Source of the DNA: Defluviitaleaceae bacterium
GTDB taxonomy: Bacteria; Bacillota; Clostridia; Lachnospirales; WQUN01
Assembly (NCBI GenBank): GCA_009784025.1
Contig: WQVK01000004.1
Span: forward strand, 13,903-77,902
Reading direction: 5' to 3'
Length of the DNA stretch: 64,000 bases
Below are positions 41,340 to 50,867 of this stretch, one piece after another (position 1 is the stretch's first letter; each line of letters opens with the position of its first letter). The notes beneath the pieces are model-generated. The model saw nothing but the letters and a program-made list of their open reading frames with translations. It was not told the DNA's origin and ran no database searches. A program made the position numbers and the translations under genes.

Positions 41340-41590
41340 ACTGCAATATTGCGAAGGATTTCTTCAAGCTCTGGTGCGGCTTGTTGGGCGTCTTCGCCTT
41401 CTACTATTAGCTTTATAATGTTGCCACCTTGCATGTTTAGGGAGATTATGCCCATTATACTTTTGGCGTTGGCGGTTTTTTCGTCTGCTACAATGGATAT
41501 ATGGCTTTTAAATTGGCTTGCCTTTTGCACCAGCTGGGCCGCTAGTTTTGGCTCGAAGAACGAGTTTACCTCAATACATTTCTCGATCAT
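41336..41590 (-). CDS. crh: HPr-family protein lacking the His15 phosphorylation site (Crh-like)
   Basis: The Ser46 region NAKSIMGIISL is conserved. The His15 region reads SFFEPKLAAQLV, against G(I/L)HARPA in HPr. The start is at the second Met (AAGGAG 8 nt upstream). Confidence 0.8.
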   Translation of the reverse strand: MIEKCIEVNSFFEPKLAAQLVQKASQFKSHISIVADEKTANAKSIMGIISLNMQGGNIIKLIVEGEDAQQAAPELEEILRNIAV

Positions 41591-42206
41591 TTTCATGCTC
41601 CTTTATGCTTTCTGCAATTTTGCAGATTTTTCTTAGGCGATGGTTTACGCCAGATTTGCTTATGGGCGTTTCAAGCATATTGCCAATTTCTGTAAGGGTT
41701 AGCTCGTCGTTGGCCAGCCTTAGCCTTGCCACTTCTTCTAGGGGCGGGCTTAAAAACTCCATCCCCTTTGTTGCCTGAATATATTCAATGGCATTGATTT
41801 GTTCCACCGCTGCACCAACGGTTTTGTTAAGGTTGGCGGTTTCAAAATTTACCTTGCGGTTAACATCGTTGCCAATAGCTTTTTTTAGCCTAATTTCCTC
41901 AAAATTTAGGGTGCTTTTGTGCGCGCCCATTAAGGTAAGTACATCTGCAATGCCATCCGAGCCTTTTAGATACACTACGGCTTGGCCATTTCTGGTGGTT
42001 GTTTTGGGTGAAAGGCTGTAGCCTTGCAAGATTTTTGTAAGCTTTGCCGCGTCTGTTTCTTCCAGGGTAAACTCTAGATGATAGGTTTTTTCAGGGTTGG
42101 ACAGCAGGCCGCTTTTTAAGAAAAGTTTTTTCACATAATCGCGCTTACGGTCTTGTTTGCTGGTGTTTTTGGCCAGCTCGTCGCGCACTTTTTGCAAAAA
42201 GGTCAC
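41571..42206 (-). CDS. whiA: WhiA-family regulator, unusually short (211 aa)
   Basis: The GTG start has AGGAAG 7 nt upstream. The N-terminus is (M)TFLQKVRDELAK. It carries LLSNPEKTYHLEF, VNRKVNFETANLNKTV and the C-terminal HTH ISKSGVNHRLRKI. About 100 aa are missing relative to typical WhiA. Confidence 0.8.
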   Translation of the reverse strand: MTFLQKVRDELAKNTSKQDRKRDYVKKLFLKSGLLSNPEKTYHLEFTLEETDAAKLTKILQGYSLSPKTTTRNGQAVVYLKGSDGIADVLTLMGAHKSTLNFEEIRLKKAIGNDVNRKVNFETANLNKTVGAAVEQINAIEYIQATKGMEFLSPPLEEVARLRLANDELTLTEIGNMLETPISKSGVNHRLRKICKIAESIKEHENDREMY

Positions 42207-42210
42207 ATTG

Positions 42211-43080
42211 TCACTTCCTATATTGGTCGTTTGTGAAATCACGATGGTAAACAGACACCTTATGCTCTTGAATGGCCAGTGATTCTGCCAGTTCGTCTGC
42301 CAGGGCAACAGACCTATGCCGCCCGCCCGTGCAGCCAATGCACACGATAAGCTGGCTTTTGCCCTCACTTATATAATGCGGAATAAGGAAGTTGAGCATA
42401 CCAAATAAGCTCTCCAGAAAGCGCACACTAACATCGTGGCTCATCACATATTCCCGCACAGGCGCATCCAGCCCAGACAGCGGCTTTAGCAGCGGGTCAT
42501 AAAAAGGATTGGGCAAAAACCGTACATCAAAAACCAAATCTGCTTCGCTGGGCAGCCCATATTTAAACCCAAAAGACATCACATTAACCAGCAGCCTGCC
42601 TGTGTTTTGTTGGTTTGTAAAAGTTTCCAAAATCTTCTTTTTCAGCATCCGTGGCAAGATATAAGTAGTATCAATTATATGGGTGGCCTTCTCCTTAACA
42701 TCCTCCAGCAATGCCCGTTCCTTGGCAATACCCACGCTAACTAAATCATTCTTAGCCAGCGGGTGCAAATGCCTTGTCTCTTTGTACCTATTCATCAAAA
42801 TTTCATTGGACGAATCTAAAAACAAAATCGAATACTCTACGCCAATTTTTTCCAGCTCCAACAGTCCTGCAGAAAAATCATCAAACATTTTACCGCCGCG
42901 TATATCAATCCCCAATGCTACTTGGGTAATCCCGGTATCGCCCTTCATAATAAATTCCGCAAACTGCCCCATAAAAAGCGGCGGCAAATTGTCCACACAA
43001 TGGAAGCCAGCATCCTCAAATATCTTCAAAGCCGTAGTCTTGCCAGCACCACTCATGCCCGTGACAACAACAATATTCAT
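42211..43080 (-). CDS. rapZ: RNase adapter protein RapZ (YvcJ)
   Basis: The start is MNIVVVTGMSGAGKTTA (Walker A) with AGGAGG upstream. The C-terminal segment is CTGGRHRSV. Confidence 0.92.
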   Translation of the reverse strand: MNIVVVTGMSGAGKTTALKIFEDAGFHCVDNLPPLFMGQFAEFIMKGDTGITQVALGIDIRGGKMFDDFSAGLLELEKIGVEYSILFLDSSNEILMNRYKETRHLHPLAKNDLVSVGIAKERALLEDVKEKATHIIDTTYILPRMLKKKILETFTNQQNTGRLLVNVMSFGFKYGLPSEADLVFDVRFLPNPFYDPLLKPLSGLDAPVREYVMSHDVSVRFLESLFGMLNFLIPHYISEGKSQLIVCIGCTGGRHRSVALADELAESLAIQEHKVSVYHRDFTNDQYRK

Positions 43081-43276
43081 GATAGCCTCCTTTTTATTTG
43101 ATAAAACCGTCAGAAGCTTTGCCGGCCACATTTCCACTTCTTTTTTTGCAATAAAGAAGCAGGCAGGGCTTTCGCTATAATCGTCATGGGCGTAAGGCCC
43201 ATAAGGGATTATTTTTCAAAGTTTATCGCCGAATATATTTTATGCTACGCTTCGTTCATCCTTGGCGCTCCGCTTT

Positions 43277-44164
43277 CTAAAGTATCCTAATTTCTGGCTC
43301 TAGCCATACTCCGTGATTCTCATGGACAATATTCCGCACAGATGCTATCAGCTCCAGCACATCATGGGCAGTGGCGTTGCCTTTATTCACCACAAACCCG
43401 GCATGTTTTTCAGAAACCTGTGCACCGCCTATAGTGTATCCCTTTAGCCCGCTATCCTGTATTAGTTTGCCTGCATAATAGCCTTCCGGGCGCTTGAAAG
43501 TGCTGCCCGCACTAGGAAAATCCAGCGGCTGGGATATTTTGCGGCGGTTGTTTAAATCGGTCATTAAAGCACGGATATCATTTTGCTTGCCGGAAGATAG
43601 TTTAAAAGTTGCGCCAAGTATAAGTTGCCCACTGTTTTGTACATTACTGCTGCGGTAGCCAAAACCCATTTGGCTTGCAGGTACATTTGCTGCGCCATCT
43701 TCCCCAAGTAAATCTACAGATATGCAAAAATCCTTTATCTCACCGCCGTAGGCTCCGGCATTCATAAAAACTGCGCCACCCACTGTGCCCGGTATGCCAG
43801 ATGCAAATTCTAGGCCTGCTAGGCTGGCCTGGCAGGCTGCCTCTGCCAGTTTGGCTAGGCGCACTCCAGTTGCGGCGTAAATTTCGCCGTTTTCGCGGGT
43901 TTCTAGGGCGGTCATTTTGTTGGTTAGCATAACTATGCCTTTTATGCCTTCATCAGGCGCTAGCACATTCGTGCCGTCGCCCAAGATAGTTAGCGGGATG
44001 TCAAGCTGCTTGCTTGTTTGCCAAACGGCAATGAATTCTTCAGTGTTTTTTGGGCGCGCCAGCACTTCTGCTGGGCCGCCTATTTTAAAGGAGGTATGCT
44101 TTTTCATTGGCTCATTTTGAATCGCGTCCTGTAATAATGGCCTAATGACCTCAAAAGGAGTCAT
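43277..44164 (-). CDS. murB: UDP-N-acetylenolpyruvoylglucosamine reductase
   Basis: 295 aa with the FAD-binding segment TSFKIGGPA and the motifs GSTFKRP and VSEKHAGFV. Confidence 0.93.
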   Translation of the reverse strand: MTPFEVIRPLLQDAIQNEPMKKHTSFKIGGPAEVLARPKNTEEFIAVWQTSKQLDIPLTILGDGTNVLAPDEGIKGIVMLTNKMTALETRENGEIYAATGVRLAKLAEAACQASLAGLEFASGIPGTVGGAVFMNAGAYGGEIKDFCISVDLLGEDGAANVPASQMGFGYRSSNVQNSGQLILGATFKLSSGKQNDIRALMTDLNNRRKISQPLDFPSAGSTFKRPEGYYAGKLIQDSGLKGYTIGGAQVSEKHAGFVVNKGNATAHDVLELIASVRNIVHENHGVWLEPEIRIL

Positions 44165-45143
44165 TTCGTTGTAACCCTCCGTTTATATTTTGCATAACCC
44201 GCTCTGTTAATGCGTCTGCGGCGTTGTAGCCCATTCTTTTTTGGCGGTGGTTTATGGCGGCAGATTCACATAAAATTGCCAAGCTACGCCCAGGGCGAAT
44301 GGGAATAGAATGCGAGCAAACCTGATTGCCCAAAAGGTCTGTAAATTCCTCCGTTTGCCCCAATCTGTCATATGTTCTGGTAGAGTCCCAAAGTTCCAAG
44401 TTTATAATAAGGTCTATGGCCTGGGTTTGCTTTATAGACTGCACCCCAAACATCTGCATAATATCGATGATCCCAATACCACGCAGCTCTAAAAAATATC
44501 GGATAGTTTCCGGGCAAGAGCCAATTAGCGTCTCTGACGAAACCCGGCGCACTTCCACTGCGTCGTCTGCGATAAATCTATGGCCGCGCTTAATAAGCTC
44601 CAGGGCGGTTTCGCTTTTGCCTACGCCGCTTTCGCCGATAATAAGTGTGCCCACGCCGTAAATATCCAGCAAGCAACCATGCATGGTAATGCGCGGCGCA
44701 AGCTGCACCTTCATCCAGCGGATAATCTCGCTGATAAAATCCGTGGTGTTATCGTCAGATTGCAGTATGAGTACATCGTATTTGTTAGCATACTCCAGCA
44801 TTTCTGGGAATATTGCCAGGTTGCGGCATACCACCATGGCCGGGATATTTAGCCTGAAAATTTTACGCAAATTCTCCCGCCGGAAGCTTTCCTCTAGCTT
44901 CTCTAAATAAGTATGTTCCACCATGCCAATAACCTGTAGGCGCGAAGCATCAAAATAATCGAAAAACCCCGCAAGCTGTAGGGCTGGGCGGTTGATGTTT
45001 GCTTGGTTTAGCACCTTGTTGTCTATGTTAATAGATGGTGTAAGATTAACCAGATTAAACTCAGACATAACATTGGTTAGCGGCACTGTGTAGCCTGTTC
45101 CCGGGCTGTTGAACGCTCCTGAAGATGTAGCAGTTGATGTCAT
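44151..45143 (-). CDS. hprK: HPr kinase/phosphorylase
   Basis: The P-loop is GESGVGKSE, and it also carries LELRGIGIIDI. An ATGA overlap links it to the upstream small ORF. Confidence 0.93.
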   Translation of the reverse strand: MTSTATSSGAFNSPGTGYTVPLTNVMSEFNLVNLTPSINIDNKVLNQANINRPALQLAGFFDYFDASRLQVIGMVEHTYLEKLEESFRRENLRKIFRLNIPAMVVCRNLAIFPEMLEYANKYDVLILQSDDNTTDFISEIIRWMKVQLAPRITMHGCLLDIYGVGTLIIGESGVGKSETALELIKRGHRFIADDAVEVRRVSSETLIGSCPETIRYFLELRGIGIIDIMQMFGVQSIKQTQAIDLIINLELWDSTRTYDRLGQTEEFTDLLGNQVCSHSIPIRPGRSLAILCESAAINHRQKRMGYNAADALTERVMQNINGGLQRNDSF

Positions 45144-45424
45144 ATTGCTTCAAATCCTTTAACCGTATGATTGCCGTCGAAGGCGACATTATGCATTTTG
45201 CCGTTCATATTAAGTTTTACCTGGTGGTTTGCTAATGGGATGTTAACGCGGCCAAGCAAATCTTTCTCGAAGCCATTTAGCACTTGTTGTACCTCGGTTA
45301 TGCTCATTTCTTTGTTGGTTTTTATTACAATATCCATGTCATCCATAAAAATACATGCCACATGAAAAGTGCCGTCTTTGTCCGCGGAGTATACACATTC
45401 TTGCTCTAGGATGGGGTTAATCAT
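45140..45424 (-). CDS. Hypothetical protein (94 aa) between uvrC and hprK
   Basis: The start MINPILEQ has AGGAGG 5 nt upstream. It overlaps the uvrC end and is coupled to hprK. Confidence 0.5.
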   Translation of the reverse strand: MINPILEQECVYSADKDGTFHVACIFMDDMDIVIKTNKEMSITEVQQVLNGFEKDLLGRVNIPLANHQVKLNMNGKMHNVAFDGNHTVKGFEAI

Positions 45425-47345
45425 TGCTTCCTCCTTTTGCATTTGCGAAAAAATCGTACACTGTCTTGGCAGTTTTTTTGTTCATGGATGGTGCAGATTC
45501 TAGTTCGTCTATGGTGGCGCCGGCTATGGCTTCCATGTTTTTGAAATGCTTCAAAAGTTCGCGCCGCCTGGTTTTGCCTATGCCAGGGATGTCGTCTAAT
45601 ATAGAGCGCACTTGGCTGTCTTGCCGCAGTTTATGGTGATATTCTAGGGCGAAGCGATGCACCTCGTCTTGGATGCGCGTGACTAGCTTAAAGCCTTCGC
45701 CTGTGCGCAGTAGTGTTAATTCTTTGCCTTCGTACAGCAATGCCCGGGTGCGGTGGCGGTCGTCTTTTACCATGCCGCATACCGGAATGGCCAGCCCCAG
45801 GGAAGCTAGAGCCTTTTTTGCCGCAGTTATCTGCCCCTTGCCCCCGTCTACAAAGATCACATCTGGCAGCTTAGAGAATGAATCCCCTTCAGTCGCGTTG
45901 CCGTGGCGCCTTAGCCGCCTGGTGATTATTTCTTCCATGCCGGCGTAGTCGTCTGGGCCTATTACGGCTCGCAGGCGGAATTTTCTGTAATCGCTGTTCT
46001 TGGATTTGCCGTCTTCAAACACTATCATCGAGCCTACAGATTCGTAGCCTTGGATGTTGGAAATATCGTAGGATTCTATCCTAAACGGGGTCCCACCCCA
46101 AACCCTCTCGTGAGTTTCGCTGGCTGGCTGGGTGGCTAGTTGCTTCGCTTCGGCGTGGTGTTTTTTGCCATTTTCCCATGCGCCTATGGCTTTTATTATT
46201 TCGCTAAGGGCGGTGGCGTTGCGCTGGGCTTCTTTTTTTATATGCCCGCCAAACTGTGATAATGTTAATGCTGCATTGGTTTGGGCTAGCTTTACCATTT
46301 TGAATTTTTCCCCTTTTTGGGGAGTTGTCATGGCTACTTGACGGCCTGCCAGGCCACTTAGCCATGCTGTGATGGAATCCTGCTCTGCAGGCTTGCAGAT
46401 TAAGGATAGCTCCTTTGGTATAAAGGCCGCCTCGCTGTAGAATTGTTTGATAAAGGCTGCCATTATATCGCCGTCTTTGGTGCTTTGGTCTATGCCCATG
46501 ATGTAATGTTCCCGGCCAGATAACTTGCCATCCCGCAGGAAGAATATTTGCATCAGGGCTTCGTCGTCTTTTTTTGCCATGGCTATGATGTCTCGGTCAT
46601 CGCCGCCGGTTTCTACCTTTTGCTTTTCTGTAAGCATTTCTAGGGCGGATATTGTGTCTCGTAAATCTGCAGCTTTCTCGAATTCCAGGCTTTCTGCGGC
46701 GGCGGCCATCTCTTTTGATAATCTTGCCATTATTCCGTCGGTTTTGCCTTGGATAAATCTTTCGGCCTCTGCCAGGTAGGCGTTGTAGCCTTCTTCGTTT
46801 AACAGGCGCGCGCAGGGTGCGGCGCATTGGCCTATATGATGGTTGAGGCAGGGGCGAGCCTTGCCAAAATCCCTTGGGAAAATTTTGCTGCATTTACGCA
46901 GCGGCCAAAGCTTGTGTATTAGCTCCAACAGCTCGCGAACCCTGCTGCGTGAGATAAACGGCCCATAATACTTGGCCTTATCCCGCATGCGACGGTGACT
47001 ATACATTATACGCGGCATAGTCTCCCTTGTGATTTTTATATAGGGGTAGGCTTTATCGTCTTTTAGGCGGATGTTAAATTTGGGGCGATGCAGTTTTATT
47101 AGGGTGTTTTCTAGGATAAAAGCTTCGTTTTCGCTGTCTGTTACTACATACTCGAAATGATGGATACTTTGGGAGAGCCGCCGGGTTTTAGGGTCTTTCA
47201 CCGATGCGGAGAAATAATTTTTTACGCGGCTGTTTATGTCCACGGCTTTGCCCACGTATATAATCTGGTCGCTTTCGTCTTTCATGATGTATACGCCGGG
47301 CAAATGCGGTAGCTTTTTAAGCTCTTGGGGGATGTTAAAGTCCAT
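45417..47345 (-). CDS. uvrC: Excinuclease ABC subunit C
   Basis: 642 aa with the GIY-YIG motifs PGVYIMKD..IIYVGKA, a UVR domain and a C-terminal (HhH)2 GIGKTRRRELLKHF. Confidence 0.96.
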   Translation of the reverse strand: MDFNIPQELKKLPHLPGVYIMKDESDQIIYVGKAVDINSRVKNYFSASVKDPKTRRLSQSIHHFEYVVTDSENEAFILENTLIKLHRPKFNIRLKDDKAYPYIKITRETMPRIMYSHRRMRDKAKYYGPFISRSRVRELLELIHKLWPLRKCSKIFPRDFGKARPCLNHHIGQCAAPCARLLNEEGYNAYLAEAERFIQGKTDGIMARLSKEMAAAAESLEFEKAADLRDTISALEMLTEKQKVETGGDDRDIIAMAKKDDEALMQIFFLRDGKLSGREHYIMGIDQSTKDGDIMAAFIKQFYSEAAFIPKELSLICKPAEQDSITAWLSGLAGRQVAMTTPQKGEKFKMVKLAQTNAALTLSQFGGHIKKEAQRNATALSEIIKAIGAWENGKKHHAEAKQLATQPASETHERVWGGTPFRIESYDISNIQGYESVGSMIVFEDGKSKNSDYRKFRLRAVIGPDDYAGMEEIITRRLRRHGNATEGDSFSKLPDVIFVDGGKGQITAAKKALASLGLAIPVCGMVKDDRHRTRALLYEGKELTLLRTGEGFKLVTRIQDEVHRFALEYHHKLRQDSQVRSILDDIPGIGKTRRRELLKHFKNMEAIAGATIDELESAPSMNKKTAKTVYDFFANAKGGSND

Positions 47346-47350
47346 ATGGC

Positions 47351-49180
47351 TTAGCCTAGCGGAACAAGCATCAAGTTCATCATATTATCCTGCTCTGCTG
47401 CCAGGTAACGCACTTGCGTGGTGTCTACAAAACCTGGGATGCGTGCCACCACGGTTCTTGTACCTGCTTGGACTTGAACCGTTACCACAGATACTCCAAC
47501 AAACTCGCCGTCTACGTAGATGCGGGCATTTTCTGGCTGGGTAAATACAGTTAAATAAGCCAGAGGAACATCTGCCTCTAGGTTGATTGTATGGGCGGTG
47601 GTTGGCTGTGTTATTGTGAGAGTTTGCTCGTGGGTGATAAAGCCTGGGGCTTCTGCACGGATGGTGTTTTCGCCGAATTCTACTTGTATAGGTTCGTTAA
47701 AGTCCACGGCTTCGCCGTTTATTGTAACGGTGGCGTTGGCTGGGGTTACGGCCATGTTTAGTATGGCAATGCGTAGCTCTATTTCCGCCTCGCTAAGGTC
47801 TAGTACATAGGTTTCGCCCTGGGCAATGTTTACTATATGGGTAAATGTCTCGATATTATCGCCGCTTATTATTATGGTATGGCTGCCTTCTGGCATGGGG
47901 AATGGCTCTAGTAGCTCGCTAAAGCTGGTGTAAGAGCGGTTGCCCACGTAGATGCGCGGGTTGGTTATGCCTTCAGTGGCTACAAACTGCATAAGCCCGT
48001 GGGATAGCTCTATCTGCACGAACCATATATCTGTGTTCAACACATTCAGCGTAATAGTGTCCATGGGAGTGATGTTGGTCATTGCGCCGGTTTGCCCGTC
48101 TTGGCGCAGCACCAGGGTTAGAGCATCAAAATTGAGCACCTCGTTGCCCACTGTTGCGGTGCGCGCTACGGGGTCTACATCTACGTTGGTGCGGGCGCGT
48201 AGCTCACGCGCGGTGGTGCTTTCTTGCATTCTTTCTATTTCGTTGTTGTTTTCATCGTATCTTATCCGCACTATTTGTCCTGTCCTTACTTGGCTAAAGG
48301 GTAGGGGCTGGCCGGCGCGGGTCACAATTTCTGCATCTTCTGGTAGAGTGAATGTCCGGTTTCGTGGCGTTTCAGATAAATCTAGCACAGTGATGCCTCG
48401 TGGGTCTGTTGAGGTTGTGCTTAGCACCATGGCGTCTATCGTATTGATAACTGGGGGAACCCATACGCCATGGGGGGCATCGTTGTTGTTGTCGTTGTTA
48501 TTGTTGCTGGGTACATTTGGTGTGCCCGGTGCGCCTTGCGCACCCTGTTGGCCTTGTTGCCCCTGTTGGCCTTGGCCGGGGCTGCTTGGGCCTTGGATAT
48601 TGTCAAAAATATTGGTGTCGCTGTCTATAAATTGTCTTGCCAAAAAAATGCCGCCAATACCAACGCCTGCAACAACAATAAGCAATATAATCAAATAAAA
48701 CAGCTTGATAACATTATTAAGGTCCAATGGCTGTTTTTCTTTTACCCTTCGTGGTGGGTAGCTGCGCTGATGCCTTGGCCTGGCCGGAGGCTGACTACGG
48801 CGAGGGTCGCGGGCGGGTTCTCTGCGCTGTGGGGTTCTGTCGGCTGCTCTTTCCCGGTAGTTTTGGGTAGGGCGAGCCTCCCTTTCCCGGTAGCTTTGGG
48901 CTGGGCGGGTTTGGGCTTCACGCTGGGGTTGCCTTTGGTATACATCTGGCCTTCTGCCGGTGTATTGTTCTATGGCGTCTGGTTCATCTTGCTCTTCTGC
49001 TTCGTTGTAATAATCATCGTAATCTGCATCATAAAACTCGCCTTCATCTTGTTCGGGCGTTTGGTCGTATTCATCGTAATCTTCTTCGTCGTAGTATTCT
49101 TCGTTTGTGGGTTCGCTGTAATCGCGGTGGCGTCCAGAGCCTTTGCCGTATCGGTTATCCCTATCGCCGGGCATGGGCAT
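47351..49180 (-). CDS. Membrane-anchored PEGA-domain protein with disordered acidic/basic N-terminus
   Basis: 609 aa with one TM helix and a Gln/Gly low-complexity tract. The C-terminal PEGA-like repeats are ARIYVDGEFVGVS and ATVTINGEAV. Confidence 0.7.
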   Translation of the reverse strand: MPMPGDRDNRYGKGSGRHRDYSEPTNEEYYDEEDYDEYDQTPEQDEGEFYDADYDDYYNEAEEQDEPDAIEQYTGRRPDVYQRQPQREAQTRPAQSYREREARPTQNYRERAADRTPQRREPARDPRRSQPPARPRHQRSYPPRRVKEKQPLDLNNVIKLFYLIILLIVVAGVGIGGIFLARQFIDSDTNIFDNIQGPSSPGQGQQGQQGQQGAQGAPGTPNVPSNNNNDNNNDAPHGVWVPPVINTIDAMVLSTTSTDPRGITVLDLSETPRNRTFTLPEDAEIVTRAGQPLPFSQVRTGQIVRIRYDENNNEIERMQESTTARELRARTNVDVDPVARTATVGNEVLNFDALTLVLRQDGQTGAMTNITPMDTITLNVLNTDIWFVQIELSHGLMQFVATEGITNPRIYVGNRSYTSFSELLEPFPMPEGSHTIIISGDNIETFTHIVNIAQGETYVLDLSEAEIELRIAILNMAVTPANATVTINGEAVDFNEPIQVEFGENTIRAEAPGFITHEQTLTITQPTTAHTINLEADVPLAYLTVFTQPENARIYVDGEFVGVSVVTVQVQAGTRTVVARIPGFVDTTQVRYLAAEQDNMMNLMLVPLG

Positions 49181-49221
49181 CTCCTCCAGGAAAATATTTT
49201 GTATGCATTCATCTACATAAT

Positions 49222-49250
49222 TTGACTTATTCTAAGTTTGTGACTAATAT
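49222..49250 (+). promoter_or_regulatory. Probable sigma-A promoter of asnS
   Basis: TTGACT, a 17-nt spacer and TAATAT lie about 75 nt upstream of the ATG. Confidence 0.45.
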
Positions 49251-49325
49251 ACTTGGATGGAAGAAAAAACGCAAGCCTTTTGATACAAAAACCGGCTGCG
49301 ACAAATTTTAGAAAGGAAAATTTGC

Positions 49326-50729
49326 ATGTACACAAAATTTAAAGATTTGTACAGGAACACGGGCAGTTTCTTAGGGAAAGATATACTTGTGGGCGGTTGG
49401 GTTCGCACCTGCCGCAGCAACAAGAATTTAGCCTTTATAGAGCTAAATGACGGCAGTTTTTTTCGCTCTGTACAAATTGTTATAGATGCGGAAACTTTTG
49501 CGGGTAGCGAAGGGCTTGATTTCGACAACGCGGCAAAACTTGCCGTGGGCGCTTGCGTTACCGTAAAGGGGCAAGTGGTGGAAAGCCCCGGGGCGAAACA
49601 GCCCTTTGAAATACAGGCCGCAATGGTTTTGCTAGAGGGCTCTTGCCCCAGCAACTACCCGCTGCAAAAGAAACGCCATGGCTTCGAATTTTTGCGTACT
49701 ATCCCGCATTTGCGGCCTCGTACAAACACTTATGCAGCGGTGTTTCGGGTAAGGTCGTTGGCTTCCCATGCATTGCATGAATTTTTCCAGCAGCGCAACT
49801 TCGTATATGTGCACACGCCAGTGTTAACTGGCAGCGATTGCGAGGGCGCAGGGGAAATGTTTAGGGTGACTACGCTACCGCTGGAAAAAATACCTACGGC
49901 CGATGGGGCTACGGATTTTACTCAAGATTTTTTTGGCAAAGAGGCCAGCCTAACGGTTAGCGGTCAGCTGGCGGTAGAGCCGTTTTGCCTGGCTTTTAGG
50001 GATGTGTATACCTTTGGGCCAACTTTTAGGGCAGAGCATTCTAACACCACTACACATGCGGCAGAGTTTTGGATGCTAGAGCCAGAAATGGCCTTTGCAG
50101 ACCTGGATAATTACCTGGAAACCGCCGAGGCCATGTTAAAATTCGTGATTAACTACGTGCTGGAACATGCCCCGGAAGAAATGGAATTCTTCGACCAATG
50201 GATAGAAAACGGCCTACAGGACAGGCTTAAAAAACTAGCCGGCACAAATTTTGGCCGCTTAAGTTACACAGAAGCCGTAGAAATGCTGCAAAAGGCAGAT
50301 GTGAAATTTGAATTCCCGGTGAAATGGGGCATAGACCTGCAAACCGAGCATGAGCGCTACCTATGCGAAAAGGTGTTTAACGGCCCGCTGTTTTTAACCG
50401 ATTATCCCCGGGATATTAAAGCTTTTTACATGCGCGTAAACGACGATGGCAAAACCGTAGCCGCGGCAGACCTGCTAGTACCCGGAGTAGGGGAGCTAAT
50501 AGGCGGCAGCCAGCGTGAAGAGCGGGTGGATGTGCTGGAAGACAGCATAAAGAAATTTGGCCTACTGCCAGAAGATTACGACTGGTACTTGGATTTACGC
50601 CGCTTTGGCGGGGTAAAACATGCAGGCTTTGGCCTAGGTTTTGAAAGGCTGCTTATGTACCTTACAGGTATGAAAAACATCCGGGATGTTTCGCCGTACC
50701 CGCGCACCATGGGGCAGATGATGTTCTAG
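49326..50729 (+). CDS. asnS: Asparagine--tRNA ligase
   Basis: 467 aa with class IIb motifs ([30 protein letters not shown]). Confidence 0.96.
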   Translation: MYTKFKDLYRNTGSFLGKDILVGGWVRTCRSNKNLAFIELNDGSFFRSVQIVIDAETFAGSEGLDFDNAAKLAVGACVTVKGQVVESPGAKQPFEIQAAMVLLEGSCPSNYPLQKKRHGFEFLRTIPHLRPRTNTYAAVFRVRSLASHALHEFFQQRNFVYVHTPVLTGSDCEGAGEMFRVTTLPLEKIPTADGATDFTQDFFGKEASLTVSGQLAVEPFCLAFRDVYTFGPTFRAEHSNTTTHAAEFWMLEPEMAFADLDNYLETAEAMLKFVINYVLEHAPEEMEFFDQWIENGLQDRLKKLAGTNFGRLSYTEAVEMLQKADVKFEFPVKWGIDLQTEHERYLCEKVFNGPLFLTDYPRDIKAFYMRVNDDGKTVAAADLLVPGVGELIGGSQREERVDVLEDSIKKFGLLPEDYDWYLDLRRFGGVKHAGFGLGFERLLMYLTGMKNIRDVSPYPRTMGQMMF

Positions 50730-50740
50730 CCATAGGATAA

Positions 50741-50777
50741 AAATTCAGTTGGTCGGAAAATCCGACCAACTGAATTT
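50741..50777 (+). terminator. Family-A hairpin AAATTCAGTTGGTCGG-AAAAT-CCGACCAACTGAATTT acting as the asnS terminator
   Basis: Lies 12 nt after the stop. The stem is followed by a T-run. Confidence 0.75.
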
Positions 50778-50867
50778 TCTCAAAAAATTTCAAATCTTTA
50801 AGCTTCTTTTGAAACCACAAAAAGTGTGACGCTATAAAGAAGTCAATTTTTGCAGAAGGATTGAATC

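Noticed and set aside
42207-42368. The longer 265-aa version of the WhiA ORF, starting at ATG 42368.
   Set aside because: The extension overlaps the 3' end of rapZ by 158 nt and has no WhiA-like sequence. The GTG at 42206 has a proper RBS and gives the canonical WhiA N-terminus.
47952-49225. 248-aa and 251-aa plus-strand ORFs.
   Set aside because: They are antisense to the PEGA-domain gene. They mirror its low-complexity Gln/Gly and acidic tracts and are shadow ORFs.
49181-49325. T-box leader upstream of asnS (and 50778-50867 upstream of asnA).
   Set aside because: Leaders of about 75 nt and about 30 nt after the putative promoters are too short for a T-box. No AGGGUGGNACCGCG-like T-box sequence was seen.
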